Of a DNA stretch of 64,000 nucleotides, positions 61,585 to 64,000 are shown one piece after another; within the stretch, counting starts at the first letter, position 1; every line of letters starts with the position of its first letter. Source of the DNA: Thermoplasmata archaeon (GTDB taxonomy: Archaea > Thermoplasmatota > Thermoplasmata > Thermoplasmatales > GCA-001856825); contig JAJYUZ010000004.1 of the NCBI GenBank assembly GCA_021792255.1, positions 32,001 through 96,000 on the forward strand, written 5' to 3'. The notes under the pieces are model-generated. The model worked only from the letters and a program-made list of their open reading frames with translations. It was not told the origin of the DNA and made no database searches. Both the position numbers and the translations under genes were made by a program.

Positions 61585-63507
61585 ATGAGATATGAAGAAG
61601 TCATTTCTATTACGAAAGACAACCTCGAAACAATCTTTCCAGGACTAGGGTACACCAGCCTGGACATGGAGGGGGCGAATGTGGTCCTCTACTCCAAGGA
61701 GAGCTATAAATTTCTGGAAGACCCCGAGAAGATCAAGAAACTCGCACAGTCCATTAGGAAAAGAATAATCATCAGACCGGATGCCTCCTCCCTCATTGGA
61801 GAGAAAGAGGCAGAGGAAAAGATAAGGAAAATAATGCCCAGCGATGTAGCAATCTCAGACATATTTTTCGAGCACGATTCCGGTGAGGTAATCGTAGAGG
61901 TGGATGACCCGGAACGGATACAGGCATACGATTCGCAAATAATAGGTACAATAAGGAAAGAAGTAAAGTGGGCTCCAAGGATAATGAGAACCCCGCCGAT
62001 AAAGAGTGCAACGATCAAGATGGTAAGAGAATTCTTGAAGGCGGAGTCAGAGGAGAGGAGAAAATTCTTGAGGAATCTGGCCAAGAGGATATCGAGGGAT
62101 CCAATTCCCGGAGAGAATTACGTCCGTCTCGCTTGCCTCGGTGCGTGGAGGGAGGTCGGAAGATCATCTTCCCTTTTGATGACCAAGAATTCCAAGGTAA
62201 TGATAGATTGCGGCCTGGACCCGGCAGCGATCGACACCGACGATCCGGCTAGTGGTGCTCCCTACCTGAGCGCCCCAGAAATATGGCCCCTTAACTCTGT
62301 GGATGGAGTAGTTCTTACGCACTCGCACATGGACCACGGAGGATTCCTGCCCTACCTTTTCAGTATAGGATACGACGGTCCGGTCTACCTGACCGCACCT
62401 GCCAGAGACCTGTTACTGCTGTTGCTGATGGACTACGTCAAGCTGGGGATGTCAGAGAACAGGAAGGTTCCCTACAAGATGGAGGACGTCAGGAGCTTGA
62501 TAAGGCACACGGTCACTCTCAACTACAACGAGACCACGGATCTCTCTCCTGATGTCAGGGTGACACTGAGGAATGCAGGACACATTCTAGGTTCGTCGGT
62601 CGTTCATTTTCACGTCGGAGAGGGATTTCATAACCTCCTGATGTCTGGCGACATAAAGTACATGAATTCGTGGCTTTTCAATGCTGCAGACACTAGACTT
62701 CCAAGGGTGGAAACATTCGTCACAGAAAGCACTTATGGTGGAAGAAATGATTTCCAACCGACCCGTCAGGAGGCAGGAGAAAGACTGGCTCAAATTGTGA
62801 GACTGGCCGCGGAGAGAAAGGGGAAGGTTTTGGTACCCGTTTTCGCAGTTGGAAGAAGTCAGGAAGTTATGCTGGTATTGGAGGAAAAATACAGACTTGG
62901 AGAGATTCCAAAAGTACCCGTATACTTGGACGGAATGATTTACGAGGCTACGAGCATACACACAGCATATCCAGAGTTCCTAAACTCTAACCTCAGGGAT
63001 CTGATAACGAGGAAGAAGGAAAATCCATTTCTATCGGACATATTTGTGAGGGTGGATGCGCCGGATACCAGAGAAGAAATCGTCAGTGACGTTGGCCCCC
63101 TGGTCGTGCTTGCGACGTCAGGTATGATGAATGGAGGACCGGTCATCGAATATTTTTCCAACTGGGCGGACGATGAAAGGAACTTCTTGGTGTTTGTAGG
63201 TTATCAGGCTGAAGGCACACTTGGTAGAAAGATACTTTCAGGGTCCAAACAACTCAACGTGAGAAAAAATGACGGAATCAAGGAACTCAAGGTAGGAATG
63301 ACTGTGGAGAGTGTCGATGGATTTTCTGGACATTCTGACAGAAGGCAGTTAATGAAATACATCGAAGCACTCGAGTTCAAACCCAAGAGAATTCTCGTGA
63401 ACCATGGGGATTCTAACAAGGCAGCCGAGCTATCCAGGGCCTTATCGATTAAGTTCGGTGTGGAAAGCTATGCACCCTATGATTTGGAGACAGTCAGACT
63501 CAGGTAA
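61585..63507 (+). CDS. beta-CASP ribonuclease aCPSF1/FttA with KH domains
   Basis: EVGRS, THSHMDH, AGHILGS, ESTYG, FAVGRSQE, GFSGHSD, NHG; conserved position after psmB. Confidence 0.96.
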   Translation: MRYEEVISITKDNLETIFPGLGYTSLDMEGANVVLYSKESYKFLEDPEKIKKLAQSIRKRIIIRPDASSLIGEKEAEEKIRKIMPSDVAISDIFFEHDSGEVIVEVDDPERIQAYDSQIIGTIRKEVKWAPRIMRTPPIKSATIKMVREFLKAESEERRKFLRNLAKRISRDPIPGENYVRLACLGAWREVGRSSSLLMTKNSKVMIDCGLDPAAIDTDDPASGAPYLSAPEIWPLNSVDGVVLTHSHMDHGGFLPYLFSIGYDGPVYLTAPARDLLLLLLMDYVKLGMSENRKVPYKMEDVRSLIRHTVTLNYNETTDLSPDVRVTLRNAGHILGSSVVHFHVGEGFHNLLMSGDIKYMNSWLFNAADTRLPRVETFVTESTYGGRNDFQPTRQEAGERLAQIVRLAAERKGKVLVPVFAVGRSQEVMLVLEEKYRLGEIPKVPVYLDGMIYEATSIHTAYPEFLNSNLRDLITRKKENPFLSDIFVRVDAPDTREEIVSDVGPLVVLATSGMMNGGPVIEYFSNWADDERNFLVFVGYQAEGTLGRKILSGSKQLNVRKNDGIKELKVGMTVESVDGFSGHSDRRQLMKYIEALEFKPKRILVNHGDSNKAAELSRALSIKFGVESYAPYDLETVRLR

Positions 63508-63562
63508 CAATTAAAGTAATTTTTAATAATACTTCTTTATACGGTTAAGGAAGGATGTAGTA

Positions 63563-64000
63563 ATGGTCAATTTCAAGGATATACCACCTGAAATGTTGAT
63601 AATGGAAGTATCAAGCAGGCTGTCAAAGGAAATACCAGAGCCTAAATGGGTCAAAGAAGTGAAGACCGGTCAGCACAAGGAAAGAGGGCCTAGCGACGCT
63701 AACTGGTACTATATTAGAGCGGCTTCATTGCTCAGAAAAGTAGCAGTCAACTCGCCCATTGGAATCGAGAAACTGGCTTCTGAATATGGAGGAAAGGTTG
63801 ATAGGGGCTCGAAGGCGCATCACGCAGGTAAAGGATCTAGGAAGGTACTCAGGACCGCTCTTCAAGACCTCGAAAAGCTTGGATACGTACTCAAGGGCAA
63901 AAAGGGTAGGTCAATTTCGTCTGCCGGGACAAAGCTGCTTAACTCTGCAGCACTAGGCGTGTCTGGCAAGTTGAAAGAGAAGATTCCCGCTATTGAGAAA
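63563..64000 (+). CDS. rps19e: 30S ribosomal protein S19e, runs off the window
   Basis: Not in the ORF track; MVNFKDIPP...PKWVKEVKTGQHKERGP...WYYIRAASLLRK...YGG. Confidence 0.95.
   Translation, partial: MVNFKDIPPEMLIMEVSSRLSKEIPEPKWVKEVKTGQHKERGPSDANWYYIRAASLLRKVAVNSPIGIEKLASEYGGKVDRGSKAHHAGKGSRKVLRTALQDLEKLGYVLKGKKGRSISSAGTKLLNSAALGVSGKLKEKIPAIEK

Noticed and set aside
1-64000. CRISPR arrays, rRNA genes, inteins, and the many antisense/nested ORFs in the track
   Set aside because: No periodic repeats, rRNA or intein motifs seen; nested ORFs are shadows of well-supported genes

Overview
Archaeal chromosome segment, most consistent with Thermoplasmata/Thermoplasmatales (single-chain RpoB, long RpoA'', bacterial-type ThrRS, LonB, long Lhr). 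Housekeeping blocks: dtdA, ogg, mptE, pelota, the rpoH-B-A'-A''-rpl30e-nusA operon, an mtaB-like gene, thrS, rpl18e-rpl13-rps9-rpoN-tRNA-Pro, folD, lonB-cgi121, lhr, purEK, dnaG, psmB-aCPSF1 and rps19e. There are two accessory regions. (1) 7.5-10.5 kb: an inactivated IS5 element and two exported proteins. (2) 26-46 kb, the main finding: a lipid-catabolic cluster with a sphingosine-1-phosphate lyase-like enzyme, a DAGK/sphingosine-kinase-family kinase, an alkyl-DHAP synthase-like flavoprotein, an FGGY kinase, two SCP2 lipid carriers, Fe-ADH, aldehyde:ferredoxin oxidoreductase, a 2-hydroxyacid dehydrogenase, a ThDP decarboxylase, an FLVCR-like MFS transporter, a PlcH/AcpA-type exported phosphoesterase and PrpD. 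Together these read as a candidate pathway for scavenging eukaryotic sphingolipids or ether lipids, with O2-independent alpha-oxidation. Also seen: a 29-aa C2H2 zinc-finger microprotein missed by the ORF track, in-situ replacement of purE by an inverted purE-purK cassette, and several probable non-canonical start codons. All product calls come from motif recognition by eye; no database searches were run.
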